Shown: positions 16,490 through 26,431, counted from the stretch's first letter. The stretch is 57,574 nucleotides of DNA from an uncultured Bacillales bacterium (GCA_946623125.1 CAMOQR010000003.1:1-57574); one strand, 5' to 3'. Notes: generated from the letters alone by a model not told the origin. Numbers and translations are program-made.

Positions 16490-16990
16490 TTAATTCTTTT
16501 GAAATTTTACTGTAATATTCATTGGTTCATTATATTCCTTTTGAATTAATTTCATAATATTATTGGCTAATACTTTATCATGTTCATTTGAAATACATAT
16601 TACGGATATATTTGGATCATCTATTTTTGTATAACAGTCTAGATTAAATTCTTTTTTTAATTTTTTTTCAAAATTTTCTTCTTTACCTTGAACTTCATTT
16701 AAATATTTTAATAATTCAAATGTATTATTTTTTTCTTCTGTTGATAAGTTATCACTTGTAAGAGAGGTTTCTAATGACTCCATTTTTTCTTTTCTTTGTT
16801 CTTCTTTACTTACTCTAAGTGCTGTTAGAGAGTATTCTTCTTCTATTTTATCTTTTTCTTGTGAATTTTGCTTTTCCGTTTGAATTTTAATCTTTTCTAA
16901 TGTTTCGTTTGGCATTGTTACATAATATACTCCTAGTACTAATATTAGACTAAATAGTGTCATAAACCATATATTTTGTTTGTTTATCAT
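16490..16990 (-). CDS. SpoIIIAH-like protein
   Basis: N-terminus NKQNIWFMTLFSLILVLGVYYV closely resembles the SpoIIIAH anchor (KQTVWLLTMLSL..VLSVYY). It is followed by a charged linker and a C-terminal domain. Confidence 0.55.
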   Translation of the reverse strand: MINKQNIWFMTLFSLILVLGVYYVTMPNETLEKIKIQTEKQNSQEKDKIEEEYSLTALRVSKEEQRKEKMESLETSLTSDNLSTEEKNNTFELLKYLNEVQGKEENFEKKLKKEFNLDCYTKIDDPNISVICISNEHDKVLANNIMKLIQKEYNEPMNITVKFQKN

Positions 16991-17038
16991 TTTATCCTCC
17001 TATTTGTATATTTTTATGCATCAAAAAAAAGAATATTC

Positions 17039-18298
17039 TTAACTATTCTTTTTTCTTAATAATTTTTCAACGGCTTTCATTAGACCTATCTTACCATATG
17101 GATATGTAAGAGAGCCTTGCATGTAGGCAATGTATGGTTCTCTAATTGGTCCATCACAAGATAGTTCAATAGATGATCCTTGGGTAAATGACCCACTTGC
17201 CATAATAATTTTATCATCATATCCAGGCATATCTCCTGGTTCTACTACGGCATTGGAATCAATAGCAGAACCTTCTTGAATTCCTCTTGTGAATTCAATT
17301 AAGTCATCGGCATTGTGAAAAATAATGTTTTGGACAATATCTACACGTTCTTCTTGATAGGTTGGTTCTACTTCATACCCTAATTTTTCTAGTACTCTAG
17401 ATGTTAATACTGCTGTTTTTAGGGCAGACGTTACAACAGATGGAGCAAAATATATTCCTTGCAGAAGTTGTTTATTTACACCTAGAGATGGACCTACCTC
17501 TCTTCCTTCCCCTGGAAGAGTTAGTCGTTCTCCACATAATTCAATTAAATCATGTCTTCCAGCAATGTATGCTCCATTCGGTGCAATTCCACCACCTAAA
17601 TTTTTGATTAATGATCCAACTATAATATCTGCTCCTACAGCAAGTGGTTCTCCTTCACTTACAAATTCACAGTAACAATTATCAACCATTATAATTACAT
17701 TTTCATCTATTGCTTTAATTTGTTTTATTACTTTTCCAATTTTTGATAAATCAATACTTTTTCTTGTAGAATAGCCTTTGCTTCTTTGAATTTCTATAAC
17801 TTTTACTTTATGATTTTTGACGTATTCTTCAATTTTATCATAATCAAAATCATTATTTACTAATTCAATTTGATCATATTTTACTCCAAAACTCTTTAAA
17901 GAACTTGGATTTTCTTTAATTCCAATTACTTCATCTAATGTATCATATGGTTTTCCACTAATACTTAATAGAGTATCTCCTGGTCTTAATAGAGCAAAAA
18001 AACATACGTTTAGAGCATGAGAGCCTGATATAAATTGATTTCTTACAATTGCATCTTCTGCTTTCAATACATCTCTAAATATTTTTTCTACTGTTTCTCT
18101 TCCTAAATCATTATATCCATATCCTGTTGTTTCATGAAAACAAGATTCTGTTACTTGGTTTTTATGAAATGCACTTAATACCTTTAAACTATTATAATCA
18201 CAGGCCTTATCAAGTTCTTTGAATTTTTCTTCACAGTCTTTTTCACATTCATTTACTAATTGAATTATTTCATCACTTATTCCTAAATCACTATACAT
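17039..18298 (-). CDS. PLP-dependent Cys/Met-metabolism enzyme, aluminium-resistance/YnbB family
   Basis: GSLIKNLGGGIAPNGAYIAG (PLP-lysine region typical of YnbB-like proteins). ~419 aa. Confidence 0.65.
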   Translation of the reverse strand: MYSDLGISDEIIQLVNECEKDCEEKFKELDKACDYNSLKVLSAFHKNQVTESCFHETTGYGYNDLGRETVEKIFRDVLKAEDAIVRNQFISGSHALNVCFFALLRPGDTLLSISGKPYDTLDEVIGIKENPSSLKSFGVKYDQIELVNNDFDYDKIEEYVKNHKVKVIEIQRSKGYSTRKSIDLSKIGKVIKQIKAIDENVIIMVDNCYCEFVSEGEPLAVGADIIVGSLIKNLGGGIAPNGAYIAGRHDLIELCGERLTLPGEGREVGPSLGVNKQLLQGIYFAPSVVTSALKTAVLTSRVLEKLGYEVEPTYQEERVDIVQNIIFHNADDLIEFTRGIQEGSAIDSNAVVEPGDMPGYDDKIIMASGSFTQGSSIELSCDGPIREPYIAYMQGSLTYPYGKIGLMKAVEKLLRKKNS

Positions 18299-18307
18299 GT
18301 TATCCTC

Positions 18308-19051
18308 CTATCCATTGTATTTTCCACCATCTACTCTAATCACGGAATCATTTATATAATTTGCTTTTGATGATGCTAAAAAAACAACTACTTTGCTGAT
18401 TTCTTCTGGTTCTGCAAAACGTCCTAATAATATTTTTTTCTTTTCTTCTGCAATTTGTTCAATACTTAAATTTTTATTCATACCTGTTTTTACCCATCCT
18501 GGACAAATACAGTTTACTTGAATATGTGGTGCAAGGTATCTTGCAAAATTATGAGTTAGTGAAATAATTCCTGCCTTAGATGCATCATAATCACAGCTTT
18601 CTGGATAGTATGTATCTATTGCATTTGTTGAGGAAATATTGATAATCTTTCCTTTTTTAGCCTCTTGCATCACTTTTCCTACATATTTACTACATAAATA
18701 TGTTCCAATCACATTAACATCTAGGATTCTTTTAAATTCTTTGATATTTTTGTCCATTAACAAACTATCTCTACATACACTTGCATTGTTTACTAATATA
18801 TCAATCCCACCAAATTGATCCACAATGGTATTCACCATTTTTTCAACTTCTTCTTCTTTCGATATATCACATTTTATTGTTAATACGTCTACTTTGTATG
18901 TTTCTTTTATTCTTTTTTCTAATTGTTTGGCTTCTTGTTCATGGTGACAATAATTGATTACTACGGTAACTCCTTGTTTTGCAAATTCTTCAATGCAACT
19001 TGCACCAATTCCTCGATTACTTCCTGTAACTAATGCAACTACTCTTTTCAT
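18308..19051 (-). CDS. short-chain dehydrogenase/reductase (FabG-like)
   Basis: Start moved to MKRVVALVTGSNRGIG (ATG 19051, GAGGA RBS). NNAS and YDASK catalytic motifs. Confidence 0.8.
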   Translation of the reverse strand: MKRVVALVTGSNRGIGASCIEEFAKQGVTVVINYCHHEQEAKQLEKRIKETYKVDVLTIKCDISKEEEVEKMVNTIVDQFGGIDILVNNASVCRDSLLMDKNIKEFKRILDVNVIGTYLCSKYVGKVMQEAKKGKIINISSTNAIDTYYPESCDYDASKAGIISLTHNFARYLAPHIQVNCICPGWVKTGMNKNLSIEQIAEEKKKILLGRFAEPEEISKVVVFLASSKANYINDSVIRVDGGKYNG

Positions 19052-19062
19052 ATTATTCCTCA

Positions 19063-19482
19063 CTATTCTGTTTCTGTTTTTATGTTTGTAATAAACTCTT
19101 CTAAATTTTTCTTTTTAGCGGAAGTTAATATTGAATGTACATTTCCTTCTACAACATAAATAATACTTGGTTCAATAATATCATTTTCTACTAAATTTAT
19201 TTTTTTTAATATTGTTAGATAGTTTTTTTGGGTTGACGTATTTAGTATTTGGTATGGAATATTTTCTTTTTTAATAACTTCCTCTAACGCTTTACAATTG
19301 GAACATTTATCTTTTTTTACAAGGATTATAAATGTTTGGTGATTCTCTATATTTTTTTCTATATTAGATGTTATTATTCCAAACTTATTCCTTAAGAATA
19401 AGATAAAAGGAATTGAAAAAATTATAATTATAACTATTGTAAATACAATATTTCTTAATAAATTTTCTAAATCCTCATCCAT
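19063..19482 (-). CDS. membrane-anchored thioredoxin-fold protein (CxxC = CSNC)
   Basis: N-terminal TM, then ILVKKDKCSNCKALEEV, typical of a thioredoxin/glutaredoxin-like fold. Confidence 0.5.
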   Translation of the reverse strand: MDEDLENLLRNIVFTIVIIIIFSIPFILFLRNKFGIITSNIEKNIENHQTFIILVKKDKCSNCKALEEVIKKENIPYQILNTSTQKNYLTILKKINLVENDIIEPSIIYVVEGNVHSILTSAKKKNLEEFITNIKTETE

Positions 19483-19487
19483 TCCTA

Positions 19488-21758
19488 TTACCTCCCTACT
19501 GATTTTTGGGAAATTAAGGCTTCTTTTCTTTTTTCAAACTCTTTTTTAGATACTCCAAAGATTGGGTGGAATGTGTTATTCTCTGTTACCATACTTTCAC
19601 CAATTTCATGTAAATAAGATTCTCTTTCTACAATCTCCTCTAATGATAGTTTTAATATTCCTGTACTATTTTTTATACATTCTAATTTTCTTTTTCCATA
19701 AAGATATGCAAAAACACTACATATATGTGTTTTATTATGTATAATAGCTTGCGGTATTAGATACTCTTCTCCAAATTCTCTTTTAATATAGAGAATGCTA
19801 TCTTCTAATTCTAGAGCAGTTTTTACAAATACAATTCCAGTAATTGGTACATTATATTTTTTACATACATCAATTATTTTTTGAACTTCTTCTGGTTTTT
19901 TTACAAATGTATTATTGGTTGGTTTATGGCCTAATTCTTTCATCGTAATATTATATATTTGTCGTATTTCTTCAGGCGTTCTTTTAAATACAGAGCCTTT
20001 AGGTTCTATCTTTAAATCTTGGCATACTTCTATAATCTTAGACATTGCATCTGGGTTTTTACGAAATACGCTTGCATTGAGTGCAAGATTATTATCCTGA
20101 CAAATATCTAGAATTCCTTTTACTTCTTGTGGCTTTCTTTTAAACATAGCATCTTGATATGGTACTTTATATTGTTGACAAATCTTTAAGATTTTATCAA
20201 TTTCTTCTGGTGTTCTAAAAAACATTGAATTACATATCTTTATTTGATTCTCTTCACAATAATTTATTACATCTTGAAAATTGCTTGCACTTTTTTGAAA
20301 TAGTGTACCTGTTACTTTTATTCCTTTTTCCTTAGCAATTTTTAAAATATCGTTTACTTCGTTCGGTGGTTGGTTAAAGACGTTTGGTGTGATATTTACT
20401 TCATAGTCCTGGCATAATTTTATAATTTGTTTAATTTCTTCTAGACTTCTCTGTAAGTATGTTGGACTGTATTTCATGTTATGTCTTTTTAAATATGTGA
20501 TAATCATATTAAATTCTTTCGGTGTTTTAAGAAATACACTTCCTGTTGGTAGTATTTTGTTCCATTTACACAATTGTAGAATTTCTCTTACTTCTTCTGG
20601 GGTTCTATGAAACATGGTATTTTCTAATTTTATATTTTTATCATCACAGATTGCTATTATTTCTTCTATTTCTGATGCTGTCCGATAAAAAATAGATCCT
20701 TCTTTTTTCAAATTATATTTTTCACATAATTCCATTATTTTAGCAATTTCTTCTTCTCTTTGTTTAAAAATGGATCCTCCAATTGTTTCGATTTCCCTTT
20801 TTTTACAAAATTCTATAATATTCTCTATTTCTGTTGCACTTCTTGCAAACATGGATTCCACAATATCTATTTTATTTTTATTACATATTGCAATAATTCG
20901 TCTCATTTCTTGTGGTGTTGTCATAAACATACTTGCTTTTACTTTTAAATGATATTCTTCACAAATATTTAATATTTCTTCTATATTTTCAGGATTTGTT
21001 CGAAAAATTAATCCTTTTAAGTCAATCTTGTTACTACGACAGGTTTCAACAATACCCTTAAAATCTTCTAAGGGACAACCATACATACTCGGAGAAAGAT
21101 TGATATGTTCTTTTTGGCAGTATTCTTTCATGATACGAAGTTCAGATGAATTCTTATGGAAAATAGATCCTGTTATTGGGATTTCTTCTTCATTACAAAA
21201 CTTAATATCTTTTATTACTTCATATGGTGGTTGGTTAAATACTGTTGTTGTTACTGGTATTTTATAATAATTACATATTGCTATAATTTCATCAATTTCT
21301 TGATATGTTCTTGATGATGTACAAGCACCTAATAAGACATTTTTTTCTAATACTTCTCCAAATAAATAATAGATTAATCTTATTCTATTTGATTTTACTC
21401 TTAGAATCGTAGTATTTTTATTAATTGCATCTATTCCAAAACATTCCTCTGCCATACTATATGAATCTTTCAGATCTTCTTCGTTTAAAGATAAAATATG
21501 AAGACATCCTTCTACACTATAATTATCTATTTTTTTATCTTGTAAGAAGTTATAGTTATTTTTGATAACATCTTTTTTTTGCTTTAAAATACTCGGACAT
21601 TTTTCTATATTTTTGGTACTGATTCCTAATTCCTTTTTTAAATATTCTAATACTTCTAAAACATTTTCACTTGATGTTTCTTGTTCTAACATTTCGTATT
21701 GTTCTTGCTTTAGTTTTATATCATATTCTTGTAATACTTTCCATATATTTTTACTCAT
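19488..21758 (-). CDS. tandem 26-residue-repeat solenoid protein with mTERF-like N-terminal region (unknown function)
   Basis: About 19-20 consecutive repeats between residues ~145 and ~665. The conserved aromatic falls at residues 174, 200, 226, 252, 278, 304, 331, 357, 383, 409, 435, 461, 487, 513, 539, 565, 591, 618 and 644. Consensus: s-[IVM]-F-x-[RK]-t-P-x-E-[IV]-x-x-I-[IL]-x-[IL]-C. The N-terminus has LEYLKKELGISTKNIEKCPSILKQ. Confidence 0.7.
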   Translation of the reverse strand: MSKNIWKVLQEYDIKLKQEQYEMLEQETSSENVLEVLEYLKKELGISTKNIEKCPSILKQKKDVIKNNYNFLQDKKIDNYSVEGCLHILSLNEEDLKDSYSMAEECFGIDAINKNTTILRVKSNRIRLIYYLFGEVLEKNVLLGACTSSRTYQEIDEIIAICNYYKIPVTTTVFNQPPYEVIKDIKFCNEEEIPITGSIFHKNSSELRIMKEYCQKEHINLSPSMYGCPLEDFKGIVETCRSNKIDLKGLIFRTNPENIEEILNICEEYHLKVKASMFMTTPQEMRRIIAICNKNKIDIVESMFARSATEIENIIEFCKKREIETIGGSIFKQREEEIAKIMELCEKYNLKKEGSIFYRTASEIEEIIAICDDKNIKLENTMFHRTPEEVREILQLCKWNKILPTGSVFLKTPKEFNMIITYLKRHNMKYSPTYLQRSLEEIKQIIKLCQDYEVNITPNVFNQPPNEVNDILKIAKEKGIKVTGTLFQKSASNFQDVINYCEENQIKICNSMFFRTPEEIDKILKICQQYKVPYQDAMFKRKPQEVKGILDICQDNNLALNASVFRKNPDAMSKIIEVCQDLKIEPKGSVFKRTPEEIRQIYNITMKELGHKPTNNTFVKKPEEVQKIIDVCKKYNVPITGIVFVKTALELEDSILYIKREFGEEYLIPQAIIHNKTHICSVFAYLYGKRKLECIKNSTGILKLSLEEIVERESYLHEIGESMVTENNTFHPIFGVSKKEFEKRKEALISQKSVGR

Positions 21759-22029
21759 TTTCTATGCACTCCCATAGTCCTGTATTTTCTTCGATTTTTT
21801 CTACGTATTCAACTCCTAATTTTTTGATTAACTCATCAACCTTTTCTTGAAATAGTGTTGGATCTTGAAGAAATGAATATGGATAAAGCTCAAATAATTC
21901 TATCACATTATCATATCCTCTATTTTTTAAATAATCTAAATTGTCTAATAGATCTTCTTTATTATCTTTCAATTCTTTTAATATACTGTTTCCATATATT
22001 TCCTGTAACTTTTCTAGTTTTAAATTCAT
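21751..22029 (-). CDS. small mTERF-like helical protein (92 aa), overlaps the repeat-protein start by 8 nt
   Basis: Start moved to MNLKLEK (ATG 22029, GGAAGGTG RBS). LDYLKNRGYDNVIELFELYPYSFLQDP...LIKKLG resembles the mTERF motif and the N-terminus of the downstream protein. Confidence 0.5.
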   Translation of the reverse strand: MNLKLEKLQEIYGNSILKELKDNKEDLLDNLDYLKNRGYDNVIELFELYPYSFLQDPTLFQEKVDELIKKLGVEYVEKIEENTGLWECIENE

Positions 22030-22087
22030 AGAAAACACCTTCCTATTCTTATTGTACTATAAAGAATCAAAAAAGGAAAAGATTCTA

Positions 22088-22117
22088 GTGAAAAAAAGAT
22101 ATGTATGACATATCTTT
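22088..22117 (-). terminator. terminator after ileS
   Basis: Minus strand AAGATATGT-CAT-ACATATCTT followed by T7. Confidence 0.65.
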
Positions 22118-25100
22118 TACTTTGTTTTTTTAATATCAATATAGGCTTCTTCCTCATTTAATTTATATTTATTCTTTAAGTCTATATCTTTTATTAATTC
22201 ATCTCCTAGTACTTCTCCCATTATGTATGCTTTATAATGTTTAAACATTTCTTCTACTTTATCTGTTCCATTATAATATACTTTGATATGATCTGTAATT
22301 ACAAAGTCTTTTTCTTTTCTTAATGCTTGAACATTTCTTACAAATTCTCTTGCTAAACCTTCAAGTATTAAATCTTCTGTTAATTCTGTATCTAGTACTA
22401 CAATTGTTTTATTATTACTTGTAGATGCATATCCTTCTTTTTGTTTTATAGAGATTATTGTATTTTCATTGTTTAATTCAAAGTCTTCGTCTCCAAGTTT
22501 TATTTTTAATCCTTTTTCATTAATTTGTGAAATCTCATTTGATGTTAGTTTTTGTAATGATTGTTGTAATTCTTTCATTTTTGGACCTAATGTTTTTCCA
22601 AGTACTTGGAAATTAGGTTTTACTTGGTACTCTAAATATTCTGTCATATCTGTCATGAATTGTACTTCTTTTACATTCAATTCTTCTTTTATAATTGGTA
22701 GTAGATCTCCAATAATCATTTCATCTGATTTTGGTAATATTAATTTTGAGATTGGTTGTCTTACTTTTATGTTTGCTTCTTCTCTTGCAAATCTTCCTAG
22801 AGAACAAATATCTCTTACAAGATCCATTCTCTCTTCTACTGTCTCATCCATGTAGGATGTTTCTTCTTTTGGAAAATCTGCTAGATGAACTGATTTTTCT
22901 CCCGTTAATTTTTGATAAATCTCTTCTGTAATAAACGGTGTCATTGGTGCACATAATTTACATAAAGTAACTAGTACTTCATATGTTGTTCTATATACTT
23001 GTTTTTTTGATTCTGTTAGTTCTGAATCCCAGAATCTTCTTCTATTTCCTCTGATATACCAATTTGATAAATCATCATTTAAAAATGGTACGATAAGTTT
23101 TGCTGCTTTGTTTAAATCATATTCTTGATATGCTTCATTAACACCCTTTATTAATTTATTTAATTTTGAGATTAACCAACGATCCATTAATTGTCTATCT
23201 TTTACTGGAATATCATATTCCCTTGGATCAATATGATCAGCATTAGCATACATTTCAAAGAATGAGTATGCATTTTTTAATGTAGAATTATATTTTGAAT
23301 AGATTTCTTTTAACCCTTCTACATCGAATTTTAATGGAGTCCATACTGGGGATGCATATAGCATGTAAAATCTGACAGTATCTGCTCCATATTCTTCCAT
23401 AATTTCAAATGGAGAGATTGCATTTCCACGGGATTTATGCATCTTTTGACCGTTTTTATCTAATAGTAAATCGTTTACTAATACATTTTTATATGGAGTC
23501 TTTCCTGTTACAAAAGTTGATACAACTAATAATGAGTAGAACCATCCTCTTGTTTGATCAATTCCTTCACAAATAAAATCTGCAGGGAATTGTTGTTCAA
23601 ATACCTTTTTATTTTCAAATGGATAATGGTATTGTGCAAATGGCATGGCTCCACTATCAAACCAACAATCCATTACATCTTTTACTCTTTCCATTTTTTT
23701 ACCACAATGTGGACATTTGATATGTACATCATCTACGTATGGTCTATGAAGTTCAATTGTCTCGTCAATATCTTCTATTGCTTTTTCTACTAATTCTTTT
23801 CTAGAACCAATCATTTCATCATGGCCACAACTACATCTCCATAATGGAATTGGAGTTCCCCAATAACGGTTTCTTGAGATTGCCCAATCGTTCATATTTT
23901 CTAACCAATTACCAAAACGCTTTTCTCCAACATAGTCTGGGTACCAGTTTACTTTCTTATTTTCTGCAATAATTTCTTTTTGTTTTGCAGTTGTTTTAAT
24001 GTATAAGGATGGTTTTGAATAATAAACTAATGGTGTTTTACATCTCCAGCAATGTGGATAGTCATGGTTCATTTTTTGTTTTTTGAATAATTTATCTTCT
24101 TGAGAAAGATATTTGATAATTTCTATTTCTAGTTCTGGGTCAACAACTAATCTTCCTTTCCATGGCCCTTCTGTATAACATCCATCTTCTCCTACTGGAT
24201 TTAACATGGCTAAATCATATTTTAATCCAACTTCATAGTCATCTTGTCCAAATGCTGGTGCAATATGTACAATTCCCGTACCATCTTCCATTGTGACATA
24301 ATCTGCTGTTGTTACTATGAATGCTTTTTTATTTTCTGGTACTTTTAGAATTGGCATTAATTGTTCATATTCTCTATTTTCTAAATCTTCACCAAGATAT
24401 TCTTCTACAACTTCATAGTCATCCCCTAGAATCTTATTGGCTAGGGCTTTTGCTACTATAAAATTATATCCTTTTGATAAGCATTTTACATAAGTTTCTT
24501 TTGGATTTACACACAATGCAGTATTTGATAATAATGTCCATGGAGTAGTTGTCCAAACTAAATAATATGTATTATCTTCATCTTTTGCTTTGAATGGTAC
24601 ATATACTGTATTAACGGAAATTTCTTTGTATCCTTGTGCTACTTCGTGTGAAGCAAGTCCTGTTCCACATCTTGGACACCATGGTACAATTTTTAATCCG
24701 TCATAAATATATCCTTCATCATATATTTTTTTTAGGATCCACCATTCTGTTTCAATATAATTATTATCATATGTTACATATGGATGTTCTAGGTCAATGA
24801 ATTGTCCCATTTCTTTTGTGAATTTGGTAAAATATTCTTCATTTTTCCAAACACTTTCACGACACTTTTGATTAAATTCTTTAATACCATATTTTTCAAT
24901 ATCGCCTTTACCGTTGAACCCTAATTCTTTTTCAACTTGCACTTCTACTGGTAGTCCATGAGTATCCCAACCTACTTTACGTACTACACGATATCCTTGC
25001 ATTGCCTTATATTTTGTAATGGTATCTTTTAATAATTTTGCCATCATATGATGAATTCCTGGCATTCCATTTGCTGTTGCTGGTCCATCATAGAAAACAA

Positions 25101-25215
25101 AGTTTTCTTTTCTTTGTTTGATACTTTTTTCAAATATTTTATTTTTCTCCCAGTATTCACTATATTTTCTTTCTACGTTACATGTCTTATCTGTATCAAT
25201 TTTTTTAAACTTCAT
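22117..25215 (-). CDS. ileS: isoleucyl-tRNA synthetase (long form lacking a C-terminal Cys cluster; probably type 2)
   Basis: Start taken at MKFKKID (25215). PATANGMPGIHH (HIGH region), KMHKSRGN (KMSKS), editing-domain insert. ~1030 aa with no C-terminal CxxC pairs. Confidence 0.9.
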   Translation of the reverse strand: MKFKKIDTDKTCNVERKYSEYWEKNKIFEKSIKQRKENFVFYDGPATANGMPGIHHMMAKLLKDTITKYKAMQGYRVVRKVGWDTHGLPVEVQVEKELGFNGKGDIEKYGIKEFNQKCRESVWKNEEYFTKFTKEMGQFIDLEHPYVTYDNNYIETEWWILKKIYDEGYIYDGLKIVPWCPRCGTGLASHEVAQGYKEISVNTVYVPFKAKDEDNTYYLVWTTTPWTLLSNTALCVNPKETYVKCLSKGYNFIVAKALANKILGDDYEVVEEYLGEDLENREYEQLMPILKVPENKKAFIVTTADYVTMEDGTGIVHIAPAFGQDDYEVGLKYDLAMLNPVGEDGCYTEGPWKGRLVVDPELEIEIIKYLSQEDKLFKKQKMNHDYPHCWRCKTPLVYYSKPSLYIKTTAKQKEIIAENKKVNWYPDYVGEKRFGNWLENMNDWAISRNRYWGTPIPLWRCSCGHDEMIGSRKELVEKAIEDIDETIELHRPYVDDVHIKCPHCGKKMERVKDVMDCWFDSGAMPFAQYHYPFENKKVFEQQFPADFICEGIDQTRGWFYSLLVVSTFVTGKTPYKNVLVNDLLLDKNGQKMHKSRGNAISPFEIMEEYGADTVRFYMLYASPVWTPLKFDVEGLKEIYSKYNSTLKNAYSFFEMYANADHIDPREYDIPVKDRQLMDRWLISKLNKLIKGVNEAYQEYDLNKAAKLIVPFLNDDLSNWYIRGNRRRFWDSELTESKKQVYRTTYEVLVTLCKLCAPMTPFITEEIYQKLTGEKSVHLADFPKEETSYMDETVEERMDLVRDICSLGRFAREEANIKVRQPISKLILPKSDEMIIGDLLPIIKEELNVKEVQFMTDMTEYLEYQVKPNFQVLGKTLGPKMKELQQSLQKLTSNEISQINEKGLKIKLGDEDFELNNENTIISIKQKEGYASTSNNKTIVVLDTELTEDLILEGLAREFVRNVQALRKEKDFVITDHIKVYYNGTDKVEEMFKHYKAYIMGEVLGDELIKDIDLKNKYKLNEEEAYIDIKKTK

Positions 25216-25228
25216 TTTTACCACTCCT

Positions 25229-26179
25229 CTATGCAAATATTACGTAACTATAATAAACTGTAAATAACATTAAAAATATGATTCCTTCTTTTCTTGATAT
25301 TTTATAATCATTAAAGGAAAACATAAATAATAATATGGCTGATATTAACATTACTAATAGATCAATATAACTGAATGCAATAATTCCAATTCCTCCAAAT
25401 ATTGTAATAGGGACTCCTATAACCATTCCAATATTAAATATATTACTTCCTACTACATTTCCTATAGCAATGTCATATTCTCCTTTTCTGGTTGCTGTAA
25501 CACTGGTTACAAGTTCAGGAAGAGATGTTCCTAGGGCAATAATTGTTAAGGAAATCATTCTTTCACTTACTCCCATTGCTTTGGCAATAAAAGTTGCACT
25601 ATCTACTACAAAGTTACTTCCCAATATAATTCCAATCAATCCAACTATTGTAAATAAGAATGACTTTTTCATACTTAATACTTTTTCATCAGAATCATCA
25701 TTTATTTTATTTCTTGTTAGAGTAATTAAATAATACATAAATACTCCAAAAAATAATAATAGTACGATTCCATCTCCTCTAGTAAAGGAATTCATTGTCG
25801 CTTTATCAAAAACATTATCTGATAGCATTACCGCAAAGGCTGTCGTTATCATCATGGTTATTGGTAACTCTTTTTTTACCGTTGTGTTTTTTACATTTAG
25901 GGAATGAAATAGAGACGATACTCCTAATATTAATAAAATATTTAAAATATTACTTCCGATTACATTTCCTAAAACAATATCTCCGCTTCCAGATATTAGT
26001 GATTTAACACTTACTGCAAATTCTGGTGCACTTGTTCCAAAGGCTACTATGGTTAAACCAATTAGAATTTTTGATACTTTAAAATTTGCTGCAATGCCAC
26101 TTGCACCATCTACAAAAAAATCTGCTCCTTTTATTAGAACAACAAAACCTATTATTAATAAAACTGTTTGTAAAAACAT
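25229..26179 (-). CDS. CaCA-family (YrbG-like Na+/Ca2+ exchanger family) membrane protein
   Basis: Start moved to MFLQTVLL (ATG 26177-26179, AGGAGGA RBS). Two alpha-repeat signatures: GNVIGSNILNILLILG and GNVVGSNIFNIGMVIG. The first 27 codons of the track ORF lie in the T-box terminator. Confidence 0.8.
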   Translation of the reverse strand: MFLQTVLLIIGFVVLIKGADFFVDGASGIAANFKVSKILIGLTIVAFGTSAPEFAVSVKSLISGSGDIVLGNVIGSNILNILLILGVSSLFHSLNVKNTTVKKELPITMMITTAFAVMLSDNVFDKATMNSFTRGDGIVLLLFFGVFMYYLITLTRNKINDDSDEKVLSMKKSFLFTIVGLIGIILGSNFVVDSATFIAKAMGVSERMISLTIIALGTSLPELVTSVTATRKGEYDIAIGNVVGSNIFNIGMVIGVPITIFGGIGIIAFSYIDLLVMLISAILLFMFSFNDYKISRKEGIIFLMLFTVYYSYVIFA

Positions 26180-26212
26180 ATAATCCTCCTTTTTTATTCT
26201 TATGTAGATAAA

Positions 26213-26425
26213 TAAAAAAAAGAACGAAACGTCTAAGGACGAATCATTCCGTGGTACCACCTTAATTTATAGTAAAACTATCTTAAAACTATAACGCGTT
26301 ACCGTATTTATCTTATCCATAAATCGCAACTTGAAAGTGATCTGAATATTTCTTCCTAATCTATTTTCACCAACCATAGACTCTCTACTTATTCCAAAAT
26401 ATTCCGTCTTTCGCAAATGCTTTCA
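26213..26425 (-). promoter_or_regulatory. T-box riboswitch leader, Ile specifier (AUC)
   Basis: Minus-strand read shows AGTAGAGAG and GGTTGGTGAAA stem I elements. The specifier loop ends ...TTCAG-ATC-A before the GAAAG/CTTTC helix. T-box sequence AAATTAAGGTGGTACCACG is followed by terminator GAATGATTCGTC-CTTA-GACGTTTCGTTC plus T9. Confidence 0.85.
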
Positions 26426-26431
26426 CGAACT

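Noticed and set aside
26180-26260. N-terminal 27 codons of track ORF 25229-26260 (MVPRNDSSLDVSFFF...)
   Set aside because: This stretch is the T-box antiterminator/terminator region (GGTGGTACCACG plus hairpin plus T-run). The real start is MFLQTV at 26179, behind an AGGAGGA RBS.
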